Shown here: positions 31,810-42,256 of the stretch, piece after piece
Layout of the letters: each line of letters starts with the position of its first letter
Numbering within the stretch: the stretch's first letter is position 1
Assembly (NCBI GenBank): GCA_963829055.1
Contig: CAWHHI010000011.1
Location: forward strand, 544,001-608,000
Length of the DNA: 64,000 nucleotides
Source: an uncultured Gemmatimonadaceae bacterium
GTDB lineage: Bacteria; Gemmatimonadota; Gemmatimonadetes; Gemmatimonadales; Gemmatimonadaceae
Direction: 5' to 3'
Notes under the pieces: generated by a model
Database searches by the model: none
Seen by the model: only the letters and a program-made list of their open reading frames with translations
What the model was told of the DNA's origin: nothing
Program-made: the position numbers and the translations under genes

Positions 31810-33588
31810 CTATGGCCATCCGAAGACTACCGGTGCCTGCGCCGCCAGGCGTGCGCGAGTCAGATCCGACGCGGGGCGCCAGAAGCGCAGGCGGCCCGAC
31901 GTGATCGTGAAATTCACTCCCCAATGTGCGCCCGGGTCCGGGACCAGCGGCCCGGCGACGTCGACTCGCAGGTTCACTCGGCTCGAACGCGGCACCGCGA
32001 AGATGAGCCCCACGCCAGCGCCCACGCGCGGATTCACCGTGTTACCGAACGGGACGTCACCCGCCCACATCTTCCCCGCGTCGACGAACGCCGCGCCACC
32101 GAAGCCCATGTATTTCTTGAACCCCGGGAAGATCAGACGCTCCTCGAGGCGCGCTACCGCGCGGCGACCACCAGCGGTTTTCGACCCCTCGTAGCCACGA
32201 ATGCCCACGCGATTCGTGCCTAACTGGAGCTGCATCGGGATCGACGTATTCCACCCACCGGCAAACTCCACGCTCGCGATCTGCGTGCGGCGCCTCGTCG
32301 GCCGGTAGTACCAGGCAAGTCGCCCTTCCGTGATCAGGTCGGCCCACTCGCCGTCGGAACGCGATGTCTCGACGTTCGACTGCAGTCCGACGAACGACCG
32401 TGGCGTTCCCGCACCGGCGTAGATCTGACTCCCGACGAACCACCCGTTGTTGTCCGATCCGAAACCGCGGCCAATCAACGAGCCGAACTGCATTCCACGC
32501 CCGACGTCCTGCGCGCCCTCGAGCGCGTCGAAGCTCGTTGCCTTGAAGAACGAGAGCGCACGCGCGCCGAGGATCGCCGCGATGAGCGGTCTGTCCTGGG
32601 TACTGTAGCGAGGCCCGAGCGTCGTGTCGGGATCCGCCACGAAACCCTGCTCGGTAATCACGACACCCTCCTCCGCTGGCGCGATGCGATCGGCGCCGAT
32701 CTGCGCGCCGGCGAACAGACCGTAGGAGGTGCGCGTGGAGTTGCCGGCGAAGCGATACACGGCGTTGAGCGCCCAGCTTCGACGCGAGACTTCCAGCGAA
32801 AGCGGATCGATGTCCTCACCGCGAACGAACGTCTGGTAGCCGTCGACGTCGGCGTACGTGGCCGACCAGGCGAACCTCTGGATCTGCGAGTAGAGCGGTG
32901 CCGACAGGGACCCGGCGATCACCTGACCCAACGGGGAGCGTTCGAGCTGGCCGTCGAACAGGTACGGTTTGCCCAATACGTGGTAGTCGGAGAATCGCGC
33001 CGCCCAGCCGTCGCGAAACGCGAAGCCCTGTTGCCACTGCAGCGTCGCCAACATCCCGTAGCCGGCAACGTTGCCGCTGCCGAGCTTGAGGCGCGTCGGC
33101 TTGTTGTCCTTCACGCCGAGGCCGACGATGGTGCGGATGTCGTCGACGGTCGAGAACGACACGACCACGGTTCCACCGGAATCCGGCGTGACGACCGCCC
33201 GTGCGTCCGCCAGATACGGCTGTGCGCGAAGCACGCGCTCGGACTCGGCCAGCAGGGTTTCGGTGCACGCCGCCCCCTGCCTAACGAGAAGGAACGGCTC
33301 CACGGCCGACACGCGCGTCGGCGCACCGGAGAGCAGGAAGCGCAGCACCGGACGCGACCACCAGGTCGACCGTTCGACGATCACCGGCTCCTGCCGCGAG
33401 ACGATCACCATCGAGATCGTCTCGCCATTGCACCGCGGACCCAGGGCAGCGCGTGCCGCCGTAGTAGCGGTGGTGTCCTGCGCGGACAGCGGATTGGCAC
33501 AAATCGCGAGCGCAGTGACAACCGATGCGCTCACGCCTGATGCGGAGCACACACGAGAACGCACGTGAGAACGCACGTGAAACCGCAC
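31810..33588 (-). CDS. Omp85/BamA-TamA-like outer membrane protein
   Basis: Signal peptide, POTRA-like LAESERVLRAQPYLADA, IRGY loop motif, AAFVDAGKMW; start uncertain. Confidence 0.75.
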   Translation of the reverse strand: MRFHVRSHVRSRVCSASGVSASVVTALAICANPLSAQDTTATTAARAALGPRCNGETISMVIVSRQEPVIVERSTWWSRPVLRFLLSGAPTRVSAVEPFLLVRQGAACTETLLAESERVLRAQPYLADARAVVTPDSGGTVVVSFSTVDDIRTIVGLGVKDNKPTRLKLGSGNVAGYGMLATLQWQQGFAFRDGWAARFSDYHVLGKPYLFDGQLERSPLGQVIAGSLSAPLYSQIQRFAWSATYADVDGYQTFVRGEDIDPLSLEVSRRSWALNAVYRFAGNSTRTSYGLFAGAQIGADRIAPAEEGVVITEQGFVADPDTTLGPRYSTQDRPLIAAILGARALSFFKATSFDALEGAQDVGRGMQFGSLIGRGFGSDNNGWFVGSQIYAGAGTPRSFVGLQSNVETSRSDGEWADLITEGRLAWYYRPTRRRTQIASVEFAGGWNTSIPMQLQLGTNRVGIRGYEGSKTAGGRRAVARLEERLIFPGFKKYMGFGGAAFVDAGKMWAGDVPFGNTVNPRVGAGVGLIFAVPRSSRVNLRVDVAGPLVPDPGAHWGVNFTITSGRLRFWRPASDLTRARLAAQAPVVFGWP

Positions 33589-33611
33589 TTGTAACTCCGG
33601 GGCTGAGCTGG

Positions 33612-34868
33612 TCAGCGCGCTTGTGCAAGGATCGCGATGATCAAGGCAGCCCATTGCGGACCAAGCCAGCCGCGATCGCCATCGTCGTACGATTCGGACG
33701 TTGCGTGCGCGCCCTGGCCGTCACCGCCACCGTCAATGGTGATCGCGGGAATGCCGAGGCTCATCGGGAAGTTCGCGTCAGTGCTGGACGCCGAGGTTCG
33801 CGCCGTGAAGCCGAGTGCCTTCCCTGCGTCGACCGCGGTCCGAACGATGAACGCACTGTCCGGCTGCGCGCCGGCTGGTCGAATTCCAATCGTGTCCACC
33901 TTGACGGAGATGCGCACTTTCGACGAAGGCCACCGCGCATTCTCGGCCGCGAGTGCGTTTCGCACCGCGGCCTGGAACTTTTTATCGAGGTCGGCCAGCG
34001 CCTTCGCCGACTCTGAACGCAAGTCTACATCCATCGAGCCGCTGGGCGAGATCGTGTTCACCGACGTGCCGCCCTCGATGATCCCGACGTTGAATGTCGC
34101 CTTCGGAGTTGTCGGTACCTGGATGTCCGCGATCGCCGCGATCGCTCGGCCTAACGCGTGGATGGGGCTCGGCATGCCGAAGGCGCCGTAGCTGTGTCCG
34201 CCAGGCCCCTGATACGTGACACGGTAGCGGTTGCTGCCGACGGCGCGACTGGTGACGCCGAGCCCGGTGCCATCCACCGAGATGAAATAGTCGATCTTGC
34301 CCTTGTACTCACGCGTGACGAGGTGCCGGGTGCCGCGGAGGTTGCCCGGCCCTTCCTCGCCGACGTTGCCGACGAAAATCACCGTGCCGGCGGTCGACAG
34401 CTTCTCCATCTGAAATGCGCGCGCGACCGACAGCACCACCGCGAGCCCACGACAATCGTCGCCAATGCCGGGGGCCGTCATCTTCGTGCCCTCGCGCTTG
34501 ACCTTCACGTTCGTGCCTTCGGGAAAGACAGTGTCGAGATGCCCTTCGATCAGCACCGTCTTCCCGCCACCTGTCCCGCGACGTTCCGCGATCACGTTCC
34601 CGATGGAATCCGTCCGCACCGTCAGGCCGAGTGCCTCGAGCCGCCGCTTATACTCGGCCCCCCGGGTCGCCTCCTTGAATGGTGGCGCGGGGATCTCGCA
34701 GATCGACCGCTGCTGGTCGAGTGTCCACGCGTTGTCGGCTTTGATGCGGTCGAGCGTACGCTTGACCGCGGGGTTCGTGGACGGAACGGCCTGAGCCGCG
34801 AGCGACACTGCGGAACACAGCGCGACTGCCGCGCAGGAGAAGAAGACGCGGCCGGTACGAATAATCAT
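33612..34868 (-). CDS. M20/M25/M40 family metallopeptidase, exported
   Basis: GHLDTVF, GIGDDCRG, VGEEG, GGHS, SSTDAN, GAH motifs; signal peptide. Confidence 0.9.
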   Translation of the reverse strand: MIIRTGRVFFSCAAVALCSAVSLAAQAVPSTNPAVKRTLDRIKADNAWTLDQQRSICEIPAPPFKEATRGAEYKRRLEALGLTVRTDSIGNVIAERRGTGGGKTVLIEGHLDTVFPEGTNVKVKREGTKMTAPGIGDDCRGLAVVLSVARAFQMEKLSTAGTVIFVGNVGEEGPGNLRGTRHLVTREYKGKIDYFISVDGTGLGVTSRAVGSNRYRVTYQGPGGHSYGAFGMPSPIHALGRAIAAIADIQVPTTPKATFNVGIIEGGTSVNTISPSGSMDVDLRSESAKALADLDKKFQAAVRNALAAENARWPSSKVRISVKVDTIGIRPAGAQPDSAFIVRTAVDAGKALGFTARTSASSTDANFPMSLGIPAITIDGGGDGQGAHATSESYDDGDRGWLGPQWAALIIAILAQAR

Positions 34869-34913
34869 GAGCGACAGTGTGAGTGCGGGTTGCGGGCGGG
34901 TTGAAGACGGCGC

Positions 34914-35801
34914 TCAGCGAGCGCCGGCGAGCTCCGGGTTCTTTGCGGCCGTGGTGCCATAGAGCTTCCGCTCGAGCGCGGCGCCGAGCAGCCGCGTTAT
35001 GCGGCCGGGCGTTCCGGGGCCGACAGGGCGACCGTCCAGCTGCACGATGGGCGTGATGTCGCTCGTGGTGCCGGTGACGAACAACTCATCGAGGCGCCCG
35101 ATCTCCTGCTGCAGGATCGGTGTCTCGCGAACGGTGACGCCCTGCTCCACCGCGAGCTCGAGCACGACGTCACGCGTGATGCCGGCGAGGATGTAGTTGG
35201 AACGCGGATACGTACGCAGCTCGCCATCGATCACACCGAACACGTTCGTGTGCGACCCTTCCGTGATGACGCCGTCGCGGATGAACACCGCCTCGAGCGA
35301 GCCCGCGGCGACCGCGTGCTGCTTCGCGAGAACAGCGCCGAGCAGGTTCACCGTCTTGAGGTCGCAGCGGGACCAGCGAATGTCGGGGTACGTCACCGCG
35401 GTGGCGCCCGTCTCACGCTGCGCGTGGTTCGGCGTGAACGGCGAGGCCGAGAGGAAGACCGTGGGCGGCGTGGTCGCGGCTGGGAAGTAGTGGGTGCGTG
35501 GCGCCGCACCGCGCGTGATCTGGAGGTACACGGTACCTTCGCCACTCGTGAGATCGTTCTCGCGGATCAGGCGGGTGTGGATGTCGATGATCTGCTCGGG
35601 CGACAGGCGCGGATCGATGCCGATACCACGAAGCCCGTACTGCAGGCGGCGCATGTGACGGTCGGCCTCGAAGAGGCGGCCGTTCACGACGCGGGTGACC
35701 TCGTAGATGCCGTCGCCGAAGATGAATCCACGGTCGTCGACGGATAGCGTCGCGCGTTCCCGGGGCATGAACTCGCCGTTCAGATAGACCACGCCAGGCA
35801 T
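34914..35801 (-). CDS. dat: D-amino-acid aminotransferase (class IV PLP)
   Basis: DRGFIFGDGIYEV, YLQITRG..PRTH, RWSRCDLKTVNLL, EGSHTN, ILAGITR. Confidence 0.88.
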   Translation of the reverse strand: MPGVVYLNGEFMPRERATLSVDDRGFIFGDGIYEVTRVVNGRLFEADRHMRRLQYGLRGIGIDPRLSPEQIIDIHTRLIRENDLTSGEGTVYLQITRGAAPRTHYFPAATTPPTVFLSASPFTPNHAQRETGATAVTYPDIRWSRCDLKTVNLLGAVLAKQHAVAAGSLEAVFIRDGVITEGSHTNVFGVIDGELRTYPRSNYILAGITRDVVLELAVEQGVTVRETPILQQEIGRLDELFVTGTTSDITPIVQLDGRPVGPGTPGRITRLLGAALERKLYGTTAAKNPELAGAR

Positions 35802-35866
35802 GACATTACTCACATTCAATGGGGTGACCGGAATCACTCGTCTGGCTGAGGGATTGTCAACGAGTG

Positions 35867-35944
35867 TCGGGAATCGGGAATCGGGAATCGGGAATCGGGA
35901 ATCGGGACTGGGGACTGGGGACTGGGGACTGGGGACTGGGGACT
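35867..35944. repeat. Compound 7-bp tandem repeat: (TCGGGAA)x5, one hybrid unit, (TGGGGAC)x5
   Basis: 11 in-phase heptamers; the second half is the reverse complement of CCCCAGT. Confidence 0.97.
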
Positions 35945-36005
35945 ACGGATACTCGCGTCAGGCAGCCCGGGCTATCGGCGAACACCGGTTAATCGTCCTC
36001 ATGGC

Positions 36006-36587
36006 ATGGCGACCCAACGACGTCCGTCAGGAAGCATCGACCCGGTGCCTGCGGGCCAGTCGACGGAATCCAGCGGTGGTACGCTGCGGACGCGGCTTCG
36101 AATCGCATTCCTCGTCCTCATCGCCATTTACGCCGTTGTCCGCGTCGCGAACCCGGAGCACTGGGACCCGCTCGACGACCTGAATCTCGCCGTCCACGAA
36201 GCCGGGCACCTCGTGTTCTCGGCCTTCGGAGAAACGCTGACCATTCTGGGCGGGTCGCTCTTTCAGGTCATCGTACCGCTGACGTTCGTCGGGTACTTCG
36301 CCCGCACGAAACAGCGGTACGCCGCCGCGGTGACCATGGCGTGGGTGGGTGTGAACCTGCTCAACGTCGCCCGCTACATCGGGGACGCTCGCGCGCAGGA
36401 GCTGCCGCTGCTCGGCGGCGAGGACAGCATCCACGACTGGTGGTACCTGCTGATCAACTGGGACCTCCTGCCTCGCGACCTCGTGATCGCGCGCTGGGTG
36501 CATTTCCTGGGCGTCGTCGCGTTCCTCAGCTCGCTGTTGGCTGGGGTCATGACGCTCAAGTCGCGCGGCGCCCCGGATTCGGAATAG
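36006..36587 (+). CDS. Membrane protein with HExxH motif (M50-like)
   Basis: VHEAGH, GGSLFQ, YIGDA, HDW; four hydrophobic segments. Confidence 0.75.
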   Translation: MATQRRPSGSIDPVPAGQSTESSGGTLRTRLRIAFLVLIAIYAVVRVANPEHWDPLDDLNLAVHEAGHLVFSAFGETLTILGGSLFQVIVPLTFVGYFARTKQRYAAAVTMAWVGVNLLNVARYIGDARAQELPLLGGEDSIHDWWYLLINWDLLPRDLVIARWVHFLGVVAFLSSLLAGVMTLKSRGAPDSE

Positions 36588-36592
36588 CCGGT

Positions 36593-36746
36593 CGTCATTC
36601 CGAGCGGAGCTGTCATTCCGAGCGAGCGAAGCGAGTCGAGGAATCGCGATCGTCCCGATAGAGAGCCCCTCTACCCAGTACGGTCACGATTCCTCGACTC
36701 CGCCGCTTCGGCCTCCGCTCGGAATGACAGCCCGCTCGGAATGACA
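36593..36746. repeat. Palindromic element subfamily A with doubled left and right arms
   Basis: Left arms at 36593 and 36611; right arms ending 36729 and 36746. Confidence 0.93.
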
Positions 36747-36798
36747 CGCTCCGCGGCTCTCACGCGGCCGCGGCCGCGAATCTGCAAGACTGCGACGC

Positions 36799-37746
36799 AT
36801 GGCTACCGCGTCGGTTCGATCTCGCGCCTCGGCGCAGCGTTCGCCGGGACGGCGTTCGCCCGCCCAAACGCCGCGAACCGGGCGCATTCACGTGGGCACC
36901 GCGGGCTGGCTGTATCGCGACTGGGAGGGTGTGCTGTACCCGAAGCCGCACCCGCGTGGCTTCGACCCACTCGCATACCTCGCGCGCTACGTCGACGTGG
37001 TCGAGGTCAACTCCACGTTCTATCGACCCGTCGACGCTGACGTCGCGCGTCGGTGGGTCGACCGCGTGACTGACGCGTCCGACTTCAGGTTCACGACGAA
37101 GCTCTGGAAGCGATTCACGCACGAGCGCGACACGGCGTTCACGCGAACGGAAGTGTCCACCGTGCAGCGCGGACTCCGCCCGCTGCATAACGCGGGGAAG
37201 CTGGGTGCGCTGCTCCTGCAGTTTCCGTGGTCGTTCCGGAGGAACGAAGCGAACCAGCAATGGCTCGAGGATCTCGCCAACGCGTTCGAGGAATTCCCGC
37301 TCGCGGTGGAGGTCCGCCACGCGTCGTGGGCGGTACCGGAGTTCTACGGCGAGCTCGCAGAGCGTGGCATCGGCTTCGTGAACATCGACCAGCCGCTGTT
37401 CCGCCACTCCGTCAAGCCGAGCGCGACGGCGACGGCGCGGGTGGGCTACGTCCGCATTCACGGCCGCAACTACCGCGAGTGGTTCCGCAAGGACGCGGGC
37501 GTGGAGGCGCGTTATGACTACCTGTATTCGCCGGCCGAGCTGGCGCCGTGGGCGGAGCGGAGCGTTCAGGTCGCGGAGAGTGGCGCGGACGACGTCTACG
37601 CGATCACGAACAACCACTACCAGGCGAAGGCGGCAGTGAACGCGATTCAGCTGGCGAGCATGGTACGCGACGAGCCAGTGCCAGCACCGGAGACACTCTA
37701 CGCATCGTACGAGGATCAGTTGGCTGCGTGGGCATACCCCGAGTAG
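36799..37746 (+). CDS. DUF72 (YecE-like) TIM-barrel protein
   Basis: VGTAGWLY.DW, VEVNSTFY, LLLQFP, AVEVRH.SW, YVRIHGRN, ITNNH. Confidence 0.9.
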   Translation: MATASVRSRASAQRSPGRRSPAQTPRTGRIHVGTAGWLYRDWEGVLYPKPHPRGFDPLAYLARYVDVVEVNSTFYRPVDADVARRWVDRVTDASDFRFTTKLWKRFTHERDTAFTRTEVSTVQRGLRPLHNAGKLGALLLQFPWSFRRNEANQQWLEDLANAFEEFPLAVEVRHASWAVPEFYGELAERGIGFVNIDQPLFRHSVKPSATATARVGYVRIHGRNYREWFRKDAGVEARYDYLYSPAELAPWAERSVQVAESGADDVYAITNNHYQAKAAVNAIQLASMVRDEPVPAPETLYASYEDQLAAWAYPE

Positions 37747-37749
37747 TAC

Positions 37750-37927
37750 GACGCTGCGAGCGACTGGGCACATCGCCGACGGCTGCCATGCTGCGGCCGC
37801 ACGCTGCCCGCTGCTGCTAGTACGCTCGGTCGACCCACGCGCTGACTCGCAGCGCACTCAGCGTCACCCAGCAACCAGCACGACCACCCAGCAACCAGCC
37901 GCAGTTCCAGTCCCCAGTCCCCAGTCC
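37750..37927. repeat. Composite intergenic element ending in CCCCAGT heptamers
   Basis: Homologous to 15033-15204 and partly to 16326-16365, 13958-14000 and 31716-31755. Confidence 0.8.
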
Positions 37928-37929
37928 AC

Positions 37930-38719
37930 CTAACGCTTCGTCAGTAACTCCTCGAACAGCGCAATCGCACGCGGGTCGTTCGACTGGCCGAGCCAGAACA
38001 CCGCATCACGGCGCACCTCGGGGTCCTTGTGCGTGCGCGCCACGCGAATGAGGATCGGGATGCCCTCGTCGTGCGGACGCTGCGACAGCGCGAACACGAC
38101 CTGCTTCTGCACCTCACGATCGCTATCGCCGTCACGCGAGAGCGAGTCGAGGCCTGACGTCGCCGCATCGCCCGCCGCCTGGCCGAGCCAGAAGACCGCC
38201 TGCTTCCGCGTCTCGCGCGGACGATTCTCATCGCGCGCCAGGCGGATGAGTGCCGGCCAGATCACCGCACTGTCGGCGATCGTCGCGGGGAAGATCGCGT
38301 CGCGACCCGCTCGCCCGGGGAGCTTCGTCGCGAGCGACAGCAGGTAGTCCGCTGCCTCCTTCGCTGGCACCGTGCCAATGTCGGTCACGTCAGAGCCGGC
38401 AGCGCGCCAACGTCCGCCGACCACGAAGCGAAGCGCCACGATCTCCCCGTCGCGCTTCTCGAGTACCAGACGCCCCGGACCGTAGTCGCACGCATTGTCC
38501 CACTCGACGTCACGCGTACGGTCGTTGTCGCCCCAATTATTCCGCCAGTTGTTCCCTCGGCTGATACTACCGCGGTTCCCGCAGTACTCGGGGCGCACGG
38601 CGAAGCTGAGTCGCACCGTGCCGTCGCCAGCACGCGAGACACGGTCCGCGATGGACTGCGCGGCGAGCGTGGATGCGCTGGAAGCAGCGAACGCCAGCAG
38701 TTACGAGATATCGTCGCAT
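37930..38719 (-). CDS. Exported HEAT-repeat protein (indel near start)
   Basis: MRRYLV-LLAFAASSASTLAAQ signal after removing one base; RKQAVFWLGQ repeats. Confidence 0.82.
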
Positions 38720-39993
38720 CATTTGGAGATCCTCTCTTCCAGAAACTTCGAGGCCCGCGGGTCGCGACTCTGGCCGAGCCAGAACGTCGCCTTCGAGCGG
38801 ATCTCGCGATCGGTGTCGTTACGGGCGAGGTCGATGAGCTTGTCCACCGCGGCCGACTCCTGGCGCTGCGAGAGGACGAAGACGTAGTGGTCGCGCAGCT
38901 CACGCGAGTCGAGGCGCGGGTACAGCGCGAGCAGATCGCCTAACGGGGCCGAATTCTTCTGGCCGCGCCAGAACAGCGCCTGCTTGCGAAGATCGACGGG
39001 CTCGTTCGCGTCGAGCACCCGGTCCACCAGCCATCGCTGATCAGCGTCGTCATCCATCTGCGCCACCGCCTGGATGACTTTGTCCTTGAGGTGCCGATCG
39101 TCGAGTCGGCCGTACAGCGAGCGGAGAAACGGCCCGTTGTCGCCATCCCTGTCGAGAAAGCCGAGCGCGAAGATCGCCTGATCGCGAAGGTTCCGGCCTA
39201 ACGTGTCACTCGCCGCGAGCGCTCGGAGCGTCGTGCGGGCACGGTCGTCGTCAGCGTTGCCGAGCCAGAAGATCGAACGCTCGCGAAGCCATTGTTCGCC
39301 GTCGTCACGACGGGCCATCTCGATCAGGGTGGGCACACCCGCGCCGTCGCGGAGCTGAGCGAGCGTCATGATCGCGCCTTCACGCAAGGACTTCGGCTCA
39401 CCGCCGGTCCGTGCCAGGGTGGCGAGCGGTGCCGCCGCCTCGGGCGGCGCGACACCACTCATCCAGAACAGGGCCGAGCTCTGGACGTCGTTAGGCCTGT
39501 TGTCGTCGCGAGCGATGGCAAGCAGCTGGCGCCAGATATCCGCGCTGTCCGCGACCGCCGCCGCCATGACCGCGGAGCTCGCGGCACGACCGCTCGCCGT
39601 GGACGCGACCCCGAGGAAATACGCGGCCGCCGCTGGCGCCGAGACGGTACCCAGGTCGGTCGCGGACGGATCGGCTCGACGCGTGGAGCCGATGTACGTT
39701 CTCACCGCCGTGACCTCGCCGTCACGCCGCGTGATCACGGAGCGGGCAGGCCCGAAGAAACAGTTCGCGTTCGAGTGGCCGTGCCCGCGCATCGACGGAT
39801 ACACCGTGATCAGCCTGCCTAACGCCGCCACGTCGGCACCGTCGCCACAGACATCCGGGCGGGCGGCGTACGTCATCGTGACGCTGCCATCCTTCACCGC
39901 GTTCACGCGGTCTGCCAGCGACTGGGCCGCGAGGTGTGGTGCGGCGACCAGCGCCGCCAGCACCACCCCGCGAATCGAGAGCGTCGTGCGCAT
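38719..39993 (-). CDS. Exported HEAT-repeat protein
   Basis: Signal peptide; alternating FWLG and FALS repeats. Confidence 0.85.
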   Translation of the reverse strand: MRTTLSIRGVVLAALVAAPHLAAQSLADRVNAVKDGSVTMTYAARPDVCGDGADVAALGRLITVYPSMRGHGHSNANCFFGPARSVITRRDGEVTAVRTYIGSTRRADPSATDLGTVSAPAAAAYFLGVASTASGRAASSAVMAAAVADSADIWRQLLAIARDDNRPNDVQSSALFWMSGVAPPEAAAPLATLARTGGEPKSLREGAIMTLAQLRDGAGVPTLIEMARRDDGEQWLRERSIFWLGNADDDRARTTLRALAASDTLGRNLRDQAIFALGFLDRDGDNGPFLRSLYGRLDDRHLKDKVIQAVAQMDDDADQRWLVDRVLDANEPVDLRKQALFWRGQKNSAPLGDLLALYPRLDSRELRDHYVFVLSQRQESAAVDKLIDLARNDTDREIRSKATFWLGQSRDPRASKFLEERISK

Positions 39994-40003
39994 CGGACGC
40001 GTC

Positions 40004-41437
40004 CTACTTGGAGATGAGGTCTTCCAGGAACTTCGCGGCGCGTGGGTCACGGGACTGCCCGAGCCAGAACACCGCCTTGCTGCGGAGCTCCTTGTCCTTG
40101 TCGCTCTTCGCAATGCTCATGAGCTTGTCGAGCGCCTTGGCATCTCGCTTCTGCGAGAAGACGAAGATCAGCTGCTCCTTGATCTCGGCGTCCGTCATCT
40201 TGTCGTACAGCGAGGAGAACGCCTCGATCGATGTTCCACCGTTCTGGCCCGCCCAGAACAGCGCCTGCTTCCGGATCTCGATGCTCTGCTTCGGATCGAG
40301 CGCGATGTTCATGATCCACTCGCCGTTGCCGAAGCCGCGCTGCTGCGAGAGCGAGAAGATGATCTTGTCCTTGAGCGCGTCGCTCTTCACTCGACCGAAA
40401 AGGGTCTTCAAATAATTCGCGTTGTCCGCTGATCCATTCTGGCCGAGCCAGAAGATCGCCTGCTCACGGAGCTCCTCGTTCTCGCTTTCACGCTCGGCGA
40501 AGTCACGCAGGATCTGCCCAGCTCGCGAGCTCTGCTGCTGCGATAGCGCGAACAGCGCCTTGTTCTTGATCTCGTTGTTGTCCGAGTTCTTCAGGATGTC
40601 CTCGAGCAGCGTGACGGCACGATCGGAACGGACCTGGCCCAACCAGAACACGGCCTGCTCGCGCGTCTCCTGATCCGGATCGGTCTTCGCCGCCTGCACG
40701 AGAATGTCGGCTGCCTCGTCACCACCCTTCTGCGACACGAGGAAGACGGCTTTGCGTCGCAGCACGTACGAGCAGGCGTCACGGCGAGCCAGGACCTTCT
40801 TGAGAATCGGCATCGCGCGCTCGCTATCCATCTGCAGCAGGGCGTTCAGTGCGGCCACACGCTCGTCATCGTCGTCGTCCTCGACGCACTTCGTACCCTG
40901 GGTACCCTTCCGACTGCCGGTGGCGCTCGGTGACTGATCGCCACTGTCCTTGCCACCCTCGGCCGCGGCGAAGATCTCGGCCGCGCAATTGGCATCACCA
41001 CGTTGGGCGAGCTCGCCACAGACCCGCGTCCCGAGTGCCTTGGCATCGGAGAGGTCCGCGTTAGGGTAGTTCCGGCCGAGCGCCTTGAGTACGTCGCGTG
41101 CCTCGCGCATGCGGTCCACGCTACCCGTCTGATACAGCGAGAACGCGCGGAAGTACATCGCGGACGGCGCCGACGGCGACTTGGGATAGCGATCCGTAAC
41201 CGCACGGAACAGGTCAGCGGCCTGCGTGTAGCTGCGCCGGTTGAGCGTCTCACGTGCTTTGCGGTACAGCGAATCGGCGGGGTCGCCCTGACGGAGCGCC
41301 GGCACTTCCGGCCCGGCGCGCAAGCCACCGAGGTCCACGCGCGAGTACGACACACCTTGCGTCATGGCGGAGGTGGGAACCGCAGCCAGCGTCATCGCGG
41401 CAACAGCGGCAACGATCGTGATCGTCTTCATTGTCAT
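40004..41437 (-). CDS. Exported TPR (BamD-like) plus HEAT-repeat protein
   Basis: LYRKARETL..RYPKS TPR; repeated REQAVFWLGQ / KALFALSQ. Confidence 0.87.
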   Translation of the reverse strand: MTMKTITIVAAVAAMTLAAVPTSAMTQGVSYSRVDLGGLRAGPEVPALRQGDPADSLYRKARETLNRRSYTQAADLFRAVTDRYPKSPSAPSAMYFRAFSLYQTGSVDRMREARDVLKALGRNYPNADLSDAKALGTRVCGELAQRGDANCAAEIFAAAEGGKDSGDQSPSATGSRKGTQGTKCVEDDDDDERVAALNALLQMDSERAMPILKKVLARRDACSYVLRRKAVFLVSQKGGDEAADILVQAAKTDPDQETREQAVFWLGQVRSDRAVTLLEDILKNSDNNEIKNKALFALSQQQSSRAGQILRDFAERESENEELREQAIFWLGQNGSADNANYLKTLFGRVKSDALKDKIIFSLSQQRGFGNGEWIMNIALDPKQSIEIRKQALFWAGQNGGTSIEAFSSLYDKMTDAEIKEQLIFVFSQKRDAKALDKLMSIAKSDKDKELRSKAVFWLGQSRDPRAAKFLEDLISK

Positions 41438-41442
41438 ATTCC

Positions 41443-42256
41443 TCAGGTTCCCTTCGGCGAGGGAATCGCGGTGCGTATTCTCGTCAGGACCTGGTCGTCG
41501 GTGAGCGCGCCCTTGATCAGGTCACGATCACGCGCCGAGGTCCTCGGAGAGAGTTGAACGATCTGAACGAGCACGAGCTCGAGGTCCTGCAGCAGCTTGC
41601 GGCGAGCCGGGTCACGCGCCGCGGGTGAATCGAGCAGCAGCCGAGTGTTGGAGAGCAGATCCTTGCTCCACGACGTGATCTCGGCGTCCATGCGTCCCTG
41701 CGAGAGATCGCCCTTGAACGCGGTGAGCATCGCTTCGGCCGCGGTGAGATGCTGGGCCGTCGCCACGGTGTAGGCGCGGGCCGAGGCATCGTCGGTCGTG
41801 TTAGGCGCGAATCGCTCAGGCTCTTTCGGGCGTTGCTTGCCCTTGCCATCATCGCTGCGGGCGACCTGCTCATCGGGCTTGCCCAACGGTGCGGCGTCGT
41901 TCCGCGGCGCGCCACGAGCCGAGTCGATGGGGCTGCCTAACGAATCCCGCTGCGTGGGGGTCCGATTCGCCATCTGATCCGACTGCCCCAGGCGCCGCCC
42001 GACCTGAATCCCCACCGCGAGCAGCAGCACTGCCGCGACCGCGAGGTAGACCCACCGAGGAACCCGGCGAACGAATCGGGAGCTCGCGCCCTTTCTCCGT
42101 TCCCTGTTCCCCCTTCCCTGTTCCCGCTGTCCCGGTCGACAGTCCCGCCTGAACAGCGTCCCACATCTGTTCACGTGGCACGATCTGCGGGGGGCGATTG
42201 TACTCCTCCACCGCCATCTGCCTGAGTAATGCGTCCATCTTGTCGTCGTCGGTCAT
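41443..42256 (-). CDS. Putative anti-sigma factor, single TM; frameshift near 42071
   Basis: Overlaps ECF stop; PREQMWDAV N-terminus joins RRVPRWVYLAVAAVLLLAVGI TM after removing one base. Confidence 0.7.

Noticed and set aside
33555..33590. 12-bp tandem repeat GAGAACGCACGT at the start of the Omp85-like gene
   Set aside because: About 2.5 copies, in frame, single occurrence; not evidently meaningful.
31559..42130. Phase variation by heptamer copy number in the cyanophycinase and anti-sigma genes
   Set aside because: Both frames are restored by deleting one base (31568; about 42071, outside the tract), not by a 7-bp unit change.
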